Positions 1 to 9,503 of a DNA stretch of 64,000 nucleotides are shown here, piece by piece (the first letter of the stretch is position 1; each line of letters opens with the position of its first letter). The DNA comes from Chthonomonadaceae bacterium (lineage in GTDB: Bacteria > Armatimonadota > Chthonomonadetes > Chthonomonadales > Chthonomonadaceae), in NCBI GenBank assembly GCA_035650735.1, contig DASRGZ010000119.1, forward strand, positions 1 to 64,000. Reading direction: 5' to 3'. A model generated the notes under the pieces. That model was not told the DNA's origin, ran no database searches, and worked only from the letters and a program-made list of their open reading frames with translations. The translations under genes and the position numbers were made by a program.

Positions 1-1
1 C

Positions 2-1810
2 ATTCCTCTGGCTCTGGAACTGGCCGCTGCCCGCGTGCGCGCCCTGCCGGTGGAACAGATTGAGGCCCGCTTGCAGGATCGGTTCCGGCTGCTGACCGGA
101 GGCAGCCGCACGGCCTTGCCGCGCCAGCAGACTCTGCGGGCGCTGATAGATTGGAGCTACGATCTGCTGTCTGAGACGGAGCGCACTCTTCTGCGTCGCC
201 TGTCCGTCTTTATGGGAGGCTGGACGCTGGAAGCCGCGGAAGCCATCTGTGCCGGGGAGGGCATTGAGGAGTGGGAAGTGCTGGATTTGCTTACCAGCCT
301 GGTGGATAAGAGCCTGGTTGTGTATGAAGGGCCAGAGCCTTCGACCCGCTACCGGCTCCTGGAGACCATTCGGCAATACGCCCGTGACCGCCTCTACGAA
401 GCAGGCGATGGCGCCCTCTACCGCGACCGGCACCGTGACTGGTTCCTGAGCCTGGCAGAGCAGGCGGAACCGCAGCTGCAAGGCCCGGAGCAGGCGCTAT
501 GGCTGGAACGGCTGGAAACCGAACACGACAACCTGCGCGCCGCCCTCGAATGGTCTCTGGCAGCCGACGGGAGCGCCGAAGCGGGCTTGCGGCTGGTGGG
601 AGCGCTCTGGCGGTTCTGGGAGATGCGCGGCTACTTGACCGAAGGGCGCGCTCACCTGGCCGATGCGCTCTCCCATGCCCAGACCCAGGAACGCACGCAG
701 GAACGGGCGAGGGCGCTGACGGGAGCGGGGAACCTGGCCTGGCATCAGAGCGATTACGAGGCTGCGCGCACCCTGCACGAGCAGAGCCTGGCGATCTATC
801 AGGCGCTCGGAAATACAAAGGGCTAGGCGGCAGCCCTGGGCAATCTGGGACTGGTTGCTTTTGAACAGGGCGACTATTCGCAGGCCCGTGCCCGTTTTGA
901 GCAGAGCCTGGCGACCTTGACGGAGTTGGGGGATAGGCGCGGCATGGCCGCCATCCTGAGCAACCTGGGCATGATCGCCGACCACCAGGGCGATTACCCA
1001 GAGGCACGCCGACTCTATGAGGAGAGCCTGGCGATCAAACGGGCGCTAGGCGACAAGCATGGGGTCGCCGGGACGCTGGACAACCTGGGCCAGGTCATCG
1101 ATCAGCAGGGCGCTTATGAGGAAGCTCGTCGGCTGCTGGAAGAAGGTCTGGCGCTGCGCCAGGAGCTTGGGGACAGATGGGGCGTGGCCGCCTCCTTAAC
1201 CAATCTGGGCGTAAATGCCAAGCGACAGGGCGATTATGTGCGGGCGCACAGGCTCTATGCCGAGAGCCAGGCCCTCTTTGGCGAGTTGGGAGATACCCGC
1301 GGGGTCGCCGCCTCGCTGCTGAACCTGGGAGCCGTAGCAAGGAGCCAGGGAAACTTAGGGGAGGCGCAGACCTCCTTTGAGGAGAGCCTGGCACGCTTTC
1401 GGGCGATAGGAAACCCGTATGGGATCGCACTGGCGCTCCACAATCTGGGGCAGGTGTCTGCCGAGCAAGGGGATTATGCGCGGGCGCGGGAACGCCAGGT
1501 GGAGAGCCTGGAACTCTGGCAAGAAGCAGGAGATCGGTCGGGCCTTGCGGGGTGCTTGGAAGGCTTTGCCGGTCTTGCCGCCTTGCGGGGACAGGCGGAG
1601 CGGGCGGCTCGGCTGCTGGGCGTGTCGGCGGGACTGCGCCAGTCCATCGGCGTGCCCATCCCTCTGGATGAGCAGGCCCAATACGAGAGCCTGGTAGCTG
1701 GGGTGCGCGCGGCATTGGGCGAGGACACCTTTGCAGTCTCCTGGGAGGAGGGGCAGGCCATGATGCTGGAGCAGGCCGTCGCGTATGCTCTGGAGGGACA
1801 GGCCGAATAG
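2..1810 (+). pseudogene. NB-ARC/AfsR-type ATPase-TPR protein, 5' end outside window, with one in-frame TAG at 824-826
   Basis: Frame 2 reads IPLALELAAARVRAL...RQQTLRALIDWSYDLL...RYRLLETIRQYA, then TPR-like repeats. ORFs 35-826 and 917-1810 are in the same frame and the repeat pattern continues through the TAG (NTKG*AAALGNLG). Confidence 0.85.
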
Positions 1811-1827
1811 CTGCTTCTATTCTCCGT

Positions 1828-2094
1828 TTAAGCCGCCTTGCTCTCCGCTTTGTTGTATAGCTTCGCCACGGCAATGCGGTGCTTGCAGTCGCCGTGATGC
1901 TTGCTGGCCGCACAGGAACAGGTATCGGCAAGTATATCCACCTGGTAGGTTTCTCCTTTCGGACTGGTCACGATGCCTCTTTCGGTATCGTAGGTATAGC
2001 CGTCCTCCCAAAGACGTTCCGCACGGGCACTGATGTTGGCTTGCGTGAGCGCTTCACGGGCATTCTGGGGCTCAGGAAAACGATGGGCTTGCAC
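1828..2094 (-). CDS. small SWIM zinc-finger protein
   Basis: CSC-x8-CKH (CxC...CxH) motif; AAGGAG RBS before GTG start. Confidence 0.75.
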   Translation of the reverse strand: MQAHRFPEPQNAREALTQANISARAERLWEDGYTYDTERGIVTSPKGETYQVDILADTCSCAASKHHGDCKHRIAVAKLYNKAESKAA

Positions 2095-2254
2095 GGTATT
2101 CTCTCCTTCTTATCTCTATCAATCTTTATCTAATAATACTCAGAGAAGGAGCGCAAAATCGGCAAGAAGAGTAGAAATTATTCTGCTTATCTTATTCGTT
2201 CCCTGCGTCGGAGCCAGTCCTTGCCCGGGGAATGGTCACACCCAGCGGTTGCGT

Positions 2255-2923
2255 CTACTCTGGTTCGATTGCGCCGACAATTACCCTTCCCAGCGCCATC
2301 GCCTGCACGAGCGCGGCCCCTGCTTCATAGAGCATCTCCCGACAGGCCATCAGCGACGCCCCGCTCTTGGCAATGTCGTCCAGCAACAGCACACGCTTCC
2401 CCTCTACTAGATGCGGGTTCTCTACCCGGATGGTCTGCCGATGCAGGGCTTTGGTGCTGGGGCCGCCGAAGGTGATACGCCGGATGGTCGTATGCCGCAC
2501 CAGGCAGGAGGTCGCGTCTACGCGTCCATTGGCTGCCAGTTGCCTGGCGAGCGTGCGCATCGGCCAAAAGGCTTGATAGGCCATATGTGTTGGTACGACG
2601 GCAATGGCGATGTCCGGCTCCAGTATGGGATCGAGGAGCGCAAAGAGGCGCTTGAGCGGCCACTGACGTTCGGCGTTCAAGGCATTGATAAGCTGTGTCC
2701 AGCCCAGGTTTTGACGCACCGCTCTCTCCTCAGTAGGAGCCTCAGTACGATAGACGCCTCTGGGTTCGCGCACCAGATTGTTCGCCGCTCCTATCTGGCT
2801 CTGGGGATAGTAGTGGCCGAGAGTGACGATAGAGGTGGGCTTGTTGTACTGAGGCCAGGCCGGAAGGAAGAGAGTCTGGCGGCCTGACTCTGGTTGTGCG
2901 GGCGGGACTTCTGATTCTTGCAT
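2255..2923 (-). CDS. type I phosphoribosyltransferase (ComF-like C-terminal domain, no Zn finger)
   Basis: VLLLDDIAKSGASL PRPP-binding loop; AVVPTH motif. Confidence 0.8.
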   Translation of the reverse strand: MQESEVPPAQPESGRQTLFLPAWPQYNKPTSIVTLGHYYPQSQIGAANNLVREPRGVYRTEAPTEERAVRQNLGWTQLINALNAERQWPLKRLFALLDPILEPDIAIAVVPTHMAYQAFWPMRTLARQLAANGRVDATSCLVRHTTIRRITFGGPSTKALHRQTIRVENPHLVEGKRVLLLDDIAKSGASLMACREMLYEAGAALVQAMALGRVIVGAIEPE

Positions 2924-3059
2924 GGCTTTACATCAGTGTCATAAATGCCGGACACGTCTAATTTCGTCTTAGAACTCTGCGATTCATCCTGCGCCAAAAT
3001 AGGCTGGAAACTTGCCTGGGCAAGACGCTGGTGAGAGACGACTTTACGGGAGCAGACGG

Positions 3060-3752
3060 ATGTTCATAGGGCATTATGGGGTGGCGCTGGCGGGCAAATC
3101 GGCTGCCCCACGCGCCTCGTTGGGTACGTGGGTGCTGGCCGCCCAGTGGGTGGATTTGCTCTGGCCGATCTTCCTGCTGTTGGGCTGGGAGCACATGCGG
3201 GTCATTCCCGGCAGCACAGGGTTCGCCACCCTCGACTTCTACGACTACCCGATCTCTCACAGCCTCCTCGCCGACGTCGGCTGGGCCGTGGCATTCGGCG
3301 TAGTCTCTTTCCTGGTCTATCGCCACGTCAGGATGGCCCTGCTGCTCGGCGCAGGCGTGTTAAGCCACTGGATTCTCGATCTGATCGTCCACCGGCCTGA
3401 CCTGCCGATCACGCCAGGGCAGAGCGAACGCGTGGGGTTAGGGCTGTGGAACTCTCCGGCAGCCACGATGCTTGTAGAGATCCCCCTCTATGCGTTGGGC
3501 ATCGCGCTTTACGTACGCACGACCCGCGCCTGCGATGGCATCGGTCGTTATGGTCTGGGGGCAGGCTTAGCTCTGCTGTTGGCGCTCTACTTGACGAACC
3601 TGGGGCCGCCTCCGCCCAACGCGAAGGTCGTGGCCTACATGGGGCTGGCGGGCTGGCTGGTGGTGGCCTGGGCCTACTGGGTGGATCGGCACCGAGAACC
3701 TGTGGGAGAGGAGAAGCGCCACGGCGCTCCAACTACGCAAAATGGCGCTTAG
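3060..3752 (+). CDS. membrane-bound metal-dependent hydrolase-like protein (YdjM-like)
   Basis: MFIGH start, SHSL, SHWILDLIVHRPDL motifs, several hydrophobic helices. Confidence 0.75.
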   Translation: MFIGHYGVALAGKSAAPRASLGTWVLAAQWVDLLWPIFLLLGWEHMRVIPGSTGFATLDFYDYPISHSLLADVGWAVAFGVVSFLVYRHVRMALLLGAGVLSHWILDLIVHRPDLPITPGQSERVGLGLWNSPAATMLVEIPLYALGIALYVRTTRACDGIGRYGLGAGLALLLALYLTNLGPPPPNAKVVAYMGLAGWLVVAWAYWVDRHREPVGEEKRHGAPTTQNGA

Positions 3753-3801
3753 AGTGCAGCACTCTAAGCGCCGTTTGCTGATGGCAACTCACAACAACGG
3801 G
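3722..3801. repeat. 80-bp degenerate copy of tRNA-Asp 3' end plus terminator (partner 4591-4670)
   Basis: Ungapped alignment to 4591-4670; contains hairpin GGCGCTTAGAGTGC-A-GCACTCTAAGCGCC. Confidence 0.8.
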
Positions 3802-3824
3802 ACCGTGCCAACTCTGCTGCCGGG

Positions 3825-4454
3825 TCATTTACGGACACGGCGGCGCAGGAGCAGGCCGGTTCCAGTTAGGCCACTGGTCAACAGGAGGGCGAGCGCACCG
3901 GGCTCGGGGACGGCGGCATCGCTGATGAAATGGTAGGTCACGGCGAAGCCGGGCACGAACCCGGGCTGATTGGCAGTGGGGGTGTAGAACGCCCCGTTAT
4001 TGTCTTCCGGGCCAACCTCCGGAATGGAGACCTGATTGGAGTAGAAGGCGCCGGGTGGGGAGTCTGTGTCGGCCAGGCTGTCGAAGCCTTCTATATCGTC
4101 GGAGTAGAACAGCAAGGAGGCCGGGTAGTTCGGGTCGCCGCCTGTGCCTGCTGGGTTGAAGCGGATCACGTCCAGAACGTTCGCCGAGATGCCTTCATCG
4201 AACAACAACACATCTCCGGCCACCAGATCCGGCGGGCCAAGCAGGTCGTAGGTGAGCACTGAGTCCAGACCGCCAGGGCCGGGGTCGGGAGCCAGGAAGG
4301 CGGGAAAGAAGGTAAAGCCGAGTTGGGGGGATATGCCAGTCCCAGTCCCGTTCTCATCTACCGTGATCAACACGGTAGGGGGCGTTTGGGCAGAAGCGGT
4401 TCCGGCCCAGAGGAGCAGTCCGGCGGCAAGCGCCAACAGAGAAGGCCATTTCAT
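3825..4454 (-). CDS. PEP-CTERM sorting domain protein
   Basis: Signal peptide MKWPSLLALAAG...ASA; C-terminal VPEPG, TM helix, RRRVRK; AAGGAG RBS. Confidence 0.9.
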   Translation of the reverse strand: MKWPSLLALAAGLLLWAGTASAQTPPTVLITVDENGTGTGISPQLGFTFFPAFLAPDPGPGGLDSVLTYDLLGPPDLVAGDVLLFDEGISANVLDVIRFNPAGTGGDPNYPASLLFYSDDIEGFDSLADTDSPPGAFYSNQVSIPEVGPEDNNGAFYTPTANQPGFVPGFAVTYHFISDAAVPEPGALALLLTSGLTGTGLLLRRRVRK

Positions 4455-4611
4455 AGCACCAGTCTCCTTTCCAGGGGAGGAAGTCAGGCCGGAGACGGCA
4501 AGCCTGTGGCAGAGAAGCTTGCAAGAAACGTGCCAACGGAGCAGTTCAGGTGACGATGAGCTATTTTGTGGGGACGCGGGCGGCGACAGTCGGCGCTCCA
4601 ACCATGCAAAA

Positions 4612-4642
4612 TGGCGCTTAGGGAGCAGCACCCTAAGCGCCA
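4612..4642 (-). terminator. intrinsic terminator after tRNA-Asp
   Basis: 12-bp stem TGGCGCTTAGGG/CCCTAAGCGCCA followed by TTTT on the minus strand. Confidence 0.7.
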
Positions 4643-4666
4643 CTAACTGTTAATAACTTTCAATAA

Positions 4667-4739
<73 letters not shown>

Positions 4740-4763
4740 ATATTCCACTCTTTTTCGAGGCTC

Positions 4764-4792
4764 ATTATACCTCGCTTTGAGGGCGCTGTCAA
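4764..4792 (-). promoter_or_regulatory. sigma70 promoter of tRNA-Asp
   Basis: Perfect TTGACA-N17-TATAAT about 25 nt upstream of the tRNA. Confidence 0.9.
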
Positions 4793-4996
4793 GGGGAAGC
4801 GCTCTCAAAGCCAGGGCAAACGCATTGAAAACTGGAACAACTGCCAGGTCTGGCTTTGGGGTGTCGTATCCCGTCTGAGCGCAAACCTTGCGGTAAGAAC
4901 GGCCTGCGAAAGACGCCTGGCAACCCCGCCACCGTGCAGGCGGGTACTTGCCGGGCAAGGCAAAGCCTGGTTAGGTAAGAAACCAAAAAAAAGTTA

Positions 4997-5025
4997 TTGA
5001 CTCTTGCGGAAAAGCTTGTTATATT
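4997..5025 (+). promoter_or_regulatory. sigma70 promoter of the GntR/LacI regulator
   Basis: TTGACT-N17-TATATT with extended -10 TG and an A-tract upstream. Confidence 0.75.
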
Positions 5026-5064
5026 TGGATACTTTTGGAGAAGTATGGACTCCGAGGAACGAGC

Positions 5065-6198
5065 GTGCCTAAATATCATCCTGCGGTCCAACGTATTGCG
5101 GAAGAACTGGAAAGGCGGATCGAGCAAGGTGACTATGATACCGGCTCATGGTTGCCTACCCAGCGCGATCTCGCCCAGGAATTTGCCGTAGATCGCTCTA
5201 TCGTTCGCCTGGCTTTGAACCACCTTGCAGAGAGAGGATTGATCATCTGCACTCCCAAGCACCGGCCCTGGGTGAACAAACCAAAAACAACCAAACGTCT
5301 CTCCTCTGCGCACAAAGCCTCCGCTCTGACGCTGGCCGCCATTCTGCCGGAACATTCCATCTATTATTCTTCCCTATCCATTTTGCGCGGCATAAACCGG
5401 GCGCTACAGTTGACAGAACTGCCTTACCGTCTGATGATCTTTGACAACTACGGACGCACCGGCCCGGTAGACATCACCCACATTAATCAGGAGTTATGCG
5501 CGCTCCAGAGTGTAGAGCAACAGCATATCTCCGGGGTTATCCTCTGGCAAATGGGCGGACAGCAAACGCTGCCGGCTTGCTGGGATCTGCGCGAGCGTGG
5601 GGTTCCCATTGTCTTCGTGGATCGGTATCCGCCGGAGGGAGACTGTGATTTCGTCGGGGTGGATAATCGTCATGCGGCCCAGGAAGCGGTAGATTATCTT
5701 TTCAGCCTGGGGCACACGCGCATCGGTCACGTCACCAACCCGGATGACCTGTCCTCGGTGCAAGAACGGTTAACGGGATATCGCGAATCCCTCTTACTGC
5801 ATGGCATAGTGCCCGCGCCGGAGCTGGTTTATACCGTTCCCTTCGGCCATCTACCCATAACGGGGGCAGCGGAGCATTTCCTGTCTTTGCCCGATCCACC
5901 CACCGCCGTATTTGCCATGAACGACACCCTGGCGCATGGGCTTATTAACGATCTGGAGCGCACCGGTCGCCGCGTGCCCGAAGACATGAGCGTTATCGGT
6001 TTTGACGATGTAGACCGGTTCTCCCCGCGTCCGGCGATTCTGACGACGATGCAGCAGCCCTTCGAGATGATGGGGCTGCGGGCCGCCGAGCTGCTTCTGC
6101 GTCGCCTAGCCTCAGAGAAGGATACGGGGATGCCCTATCAACATATTCTCTTGCCAACCCCCTTAATCGTGCGATCCACATGCCAGGCACGAAAGTAA
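5065..6198 (+). CDS. GntR wHTH + LacI-type sugar-binding domain regulator (AraR-like architecture)
   Basis: LPTQRDLAQEFAVDRSIVRLAL HTH; VFVDR, PTAVFAMND, VPEDMSVIGFDD, TTMQQP; GTG start after GAGG. Confidence 0.9.
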   Translation: MPKYHPAVQRIAEELERRIEQGDYDTGSWLPTQRDLAQEFAVDRSIVRLALNHLAERGLIICTPKHRPWVNKPKTTKRLSSAHKASALTLAAILPEHSIYYSSLSILRGINRALQLTELPYRLMIFDNYGRTGPVDITHINQELCALQSVEQQHISGVILWQMGGQQTLPACWDLRERGVPIVFVDRYPPEGDCDFVGVDNRHAAQEAVDYLFSLGHTRIGHVTNPDDLSSVQERLTGYRESLLLHGIVPAPELVYTVPFGHLPITGAAEHFLSLPDPPTAVFAMNDTLAHGLINDLERTGRRVPEDMSVIGFDDVDRFSPRPAILTTMQQPFEMMGLRAAELLLRRLASEKDTGMPYQHILLPTPLIVRSTCQARK

Positions 6199-6206
6199 GG
6201 TTGAAA

Positions 6207-7418
6207 ATGAAACGTAAGCTTCTTGTAAAAGCGACGCCGCGGGCATGGTTTGGCGCTATCCTGCTGGTTCTGGGCGCTTTGGCTGCCGTCCTGAATCTGC
6301 GCTATTGGCAGAATAAGCCCGTCAACGATCACCTGCTTCAGGGCAGCACGTGGGCCAGGGCCGGTAAACTGGCCGATGCGGAGCAGGAATGGCGCACGGC
6401 ATTACGGCTTGATCCGACGCGGCAAGAGCCGTATCAACTGCTATCCAATTTATATCTGAATACCGATCACCCGGACCTTGCCATCCCGCTCTTAACGCAC
6501 CTGCGCCAGATCGCGCCACGATCCAGGCATACGCTCTGTAATCTTACCGAAGCCTATATTCGCATCGAGGATAAGCAGGCGGCCCTCCAGACCGCGCGCC
6601 AGGCCGTCACCCTGGAGCCGGATTGTCCTCGCGCGCATGCCCTGTTAGGTATCCTGCTGGGCGATCAAGAGGATACCCGCGGCGCGGTTGCGGAGTTAAC
6701 CAGGGCTACCGAGCTCGCGCCCGCGGACGATAAGATCGCTCTCTCTCTAGCGCAGGCGCTTCTGGATGGCAACGATCTGGTGGGGGCCGAGCGGATTGCG
6801 CGGCAGGTCATCGCGCGCAATCCCAGCTATCCGACTGCCTACTATACTCTCGGGCGGGCCTATTCCCGCCGCACGCCCACCCCGGAAAATCTACGGGAAG
6901 CCATCGCCGCGTTTCAAAAGGCCACCGAACTCAGGCCGACCTGGGGCGATGCCTATTCGGAACTGGGACGGCTGCGGCTGCAAGCCGGCGACAATGCCGG
7001 GGCAATTGCTGCCCTGGAGTATCTCTGGAAGCGCGGCGTGCGTACGGAAGAGGCCGCCTATAACCTGGCCAGCGCCTATCGCAAGGTTGGCAACCAGGCC
7101 CGCGCCGATCAGATGAACCAGGAATTCAAGCGCATTAGCGACTACAACCGCAAGTATGAGGTGCTGCGTAAGCATCTCTCTGTAGAGCCAAACAACGCGG
7201 AGGTCGCGCTGCAGCTGGCGCAGCTAGAGATCAAGGGAGGAAGCCTGGTGGAAGCCAGAGACTTGCTCGAAGGCGTGCTCAAGCTCCGCCCGCGCGATCC
7301 GCGCGCCCTGCAAGCGGCGATTCAGCTCTATGACAAGGGCGGTGATAAGAAGCTGGCCAGCGCCTATCGAGAGCGGCTGGCCAATGTGGAGCGCGAGACA
7401 AAAGAGGCCAAAAGATGA
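6207..7418 (+). CDS. membrane-anchored TPR protein
   Basis: N-terminal hydrophobic helix followed by multiple TPR-like repeats. Confidence 0.85.
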   Translation: MKRKLLVKATPRAWFGAILLVLGALAAVLNLRYWQNKPVNDHLLQGSTWARAGKLADAEQEWRTALRLDPTRQEPYQLLSNLYLNTDHPDLAIPLLTHLRQIAPRSRHTLCNLTEAYIRIEDKQAALQTARQAVTLEPDCPRAHALLGILLGDQEDTRGAVAELTRATELAPADDKIALSLAQALLDGNDLVGAERIARQVIARNPSYPTAYYTLGRAYSRRTPTPENLREAIAAFQKATELRPTWGDAYSELGRLRLQAGDNAGAIAALEYLWKRGVRTEEAAYNLASAYRKVGNQARADQMNQEFKRISDYNRKYEVLRKHLSVEPNNAEVALQLAQLEIKGGSLVEARDLLEGVLKLRPRDPRALQAAIQLYDKGGDKKLASAYRERLANVERETKEAKR

Positions 7419-7702
7419 ACAAACAGATCCATCCGGGCATCGCCGTTCTGGCCGTGCTGGGAGTTATCGGCCTGGCCGTGGCCGTCATGTTCCAGTTCGC
7501 CGATAGGAAGCCGCCGCGACTGCCGACCGGCCCGCCCTCCCAGATGGGGGCGGCAAAGGCGGCTCCCGCGAAAACGGGGGGGCAGATGCAAAATCCGCGC
7601 GCTATCGCGTGGCTGGCCAAGCATAGAAAGCAGGCAAAGCCTTCGCCGTCTCCCCAGCACCAGGCGGGCGCTGCCAACGCAAAGGATAAGAGTACGGAAT
7701 AG
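7415..7702 (+). CDS. small single-TM Pro-rich protein (PTGPP motif)
   Basis: ATGA overlap with the TPR stop; TM helix followed by KPPRLPTGPPSQM. Confidence 0.7.
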   Translation: MNKQIHPGIAVLAVLGVIGLAVAVMFQFADRKPPRLPTGPPSQMGAAKAAPAKTGGQMQNPRAIAWLAKHRKQAKPSPSPQHQAGAANAKDKSTE

Positions 7703-7787
7703 CCCGGAAACTAGAGTTCAGGCGGAAGGGCTTTCGCTCATCGCACCGGCAAAGGTTTTCCTTTCTACTTTTTAAGGAAAGGGGGTG

Positions 7788-8018
7788 ATGAAGGGAATGA
7801 AGAAAATACCGTTGCCCGTTATCGTCGCTGTCGTCATTGTTGCCGTGCTGCTTGCCTACTACAGCATCCATCGTAGCATGTCAGGCGGCCTGCCCTCGCC
7901 TCCGTCCATACCGACCGGGCCCCCGGCTGAGGCCATGAAACAGATGCAACAATCCGGCGCACAAACGCATGGTGGCCCGGCGGGCGGCGCTCCGCAAGCC
8001 GCTTCTCAGACGAAGTAG
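7788..8018 (+). CDS. small single-TM Pro-rich protein (PTGPP motif)
   Basis: KKIPLPVIVAVVIVAVLLAYY TM followed by PSPPSIPTGPPAEAMKQM; exact start (7785/7788/7797) uncertain. Confidence 0.7.
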   Translation: MKGMKKIPLPVIVAVVIVAVLLAYYSIHRSMSGGLPSPPSIPTGPPAEAMKQMQQSGAQTHGGPAGGAPQAASQTK

Positions 8019-8153
8019 GGCGGCAGATGCCCGCTAGGCTGGCATAGGGCAACCTGATCTCTTGGTAGTGATCCGGCTCTCTAATAGCAGATTGAGGGTA
8101 TGCAGGGCACAATCAGCATACCGTTGGCTTATTCCCATGGGAGGATCCAACCG

Positions 8154-8987
8154 ATGTCCAATAAACGGACCGCTGGCTTTACCCTGATTGAATTGCTCGT
8201 GGTTATCGCCATCATAGCGATCCTCGCGGCGATTCTGTTCCCCGTCTTTGCCCAAGCGCGTGAATCGGCGCGCATGACCTCCTGCCTCAGCAACATGAAG
8301 CAGGTGGGCCTCTCCTGGCTAATGTATGCCCAGGACTACGACGAGACGTTCCCGCTCAGCCGCGCTTTCTCGCTCAACGAGCCGCCCGAATTGGGCGGCG
8401 CCAATGGCGGTGGCTGCGACTGCGACTCCAACTGCACTACCAATATCACCTGGCGCGAAGAGACGCTGCCGTATGTGAAGAACTACGGTGTCTATCGCTG
8501 CCCTTCCAACCCCAACAACGATCAAGCGACGGAGGATCGCGATAAAGGCTTCAAGATTTCTTACGGCACCAACGGCGTGGTAATGTGGGGTTGGGACCCG
8601 CTCAAGGAAGCCTCGCTGAACCGTCCCGCCGAAACCGTCATGCTCCTGGAGTCGACCTGGGCCTGCGCGGACCTGGGCGACTGGGTGGCGCGCGGCAATA
8701 CCCCGACAGCCTGCGTGTGGGGCCAGGGCTTCAACATGCATCGCGGCAGAGGCGGCATGATGAACTGGGCCTTCTTCGACGGCCATTCCAAAACCTACAA
8801 CCTGGTGAAGGTCTTTTCGCGCAGCGGACCGCGCGGCGCTGTCGGAACGACCTATAACCTGATAGGCCGCGAGGAAGACGGTAATTTCAGTTGTTCGACA
8901 GAGAACTGCAGTGGCAGCGTTGCCCTAGACCAGGATCAATCGAGCAATATCTGCGACTTCTACGGCGGCGGCTTCAAGACCCAATAG
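8154..8987 (+). CDS. prepilin-type N-methyl-Phe / DUF1559-like protein with H-Xn-DG C-terminal motif
   Basis: G^[44 protein letters not shown]...[16 protein letters not shown]. Confidence 0.92.
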   Translation: MSNKRTAGFTLIELLVVIAIIAILAAILFPVFAQARESARMTSCLSNMKQVGLSWLMYAQDYDETFPLSRAFSLNEPPELGGANGGGCDCDSNCTTNITWREETLPYVKNYGVYRCPSNPNNDQATEDRDKGFKISYGTNGVVMWGWDPLKEASLNRPAETVMLLESTWACADLGDWVARGNTPTACVWGQGFNMHRGRGGMMNWAFFDGHSKTYNLVKVFSRSGPRGAVGTTYNLIGREEDGNFSCSTENCSGSVALDQDQSSNICDFYGGGFKTQ

Positions 8988-9024
8988 CACCTGGCTGCCG
9001 TGCTAGCACTTCGTAATCCCGCAG

Positions 9025-9073
9025 AGGCCACCGCGTTTTCGAGCCGCGTTGTTTCTCGAAAGCGCGGCGGCCT
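9025..9073 (+). terminator. stem-loop after the prepilin-like gene
   Basis: CCGCGTTTTCGAG...CTCGAAAGCGCGG inverted repeat; weak U tract. Confidence 0.5.
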
Positions 9074-9098
9074 TCTTACCGGCTTATTCCCAGTTCTG

Positions 9099-9445
9099 GC
9101 CCTCACCCCCAACCGACCTCGCCCCCGGCCCCTCTCCTTACTATAAGAAGAGGGGAGGCCCCCACCCCCTTACCCACTGCCAGGGTCGGGGCTGCAATGG
9201 ACTGCCAGGGTCGGCAGGGTTACGGCCCCTGCCTCCGCCTTGCCACAGCCCTCCGCCTAGCGATCCCCAAGAACCGGGGAGGGGAGAGCAGGAGCCGGGT
9301 CACCCCCTTCCCTCGTAGGGTCGCAAGGCAGAGCCGCGAACCGTTGAGCGGCGTCCCTTGCAGTGGGGGCCGGGGGGTTAGGTGATACACGAGGGAGAGG
9401 AGAAGCCGGGGCACCCCTTCCCTCGCAGGGAAGAGGGGTTAGGTG
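9099..9445. repeat. REP-like hairpin cluster containing nested ~47-nt elements
   Basis: CCCCT(C/T)CCC...GGGA(G/A)GGGG hairpins; elements at 9176-9265 (double) and 9319-9364. Confidence 0.8.
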
Positions 9446-9503
9446 AATCGGTGTAGAATAACCATAGAACCCTAGCACCTATGGAAGTGAGTGGAAGACC
9501 TCC

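Noticed and set aside
824..826. Genome-wide amber recoding or pyrrolysine
   Set aside because: Many genes here, including this one at 1808-1810, end normally at TAG; no pyl genes seen
8154..8987. Classical type IV pilus or T2SS operon
   Set aside because: No ATPase, platform, secretin or prepilin peptidase nearby; C-terminus is H-Xn-DG type
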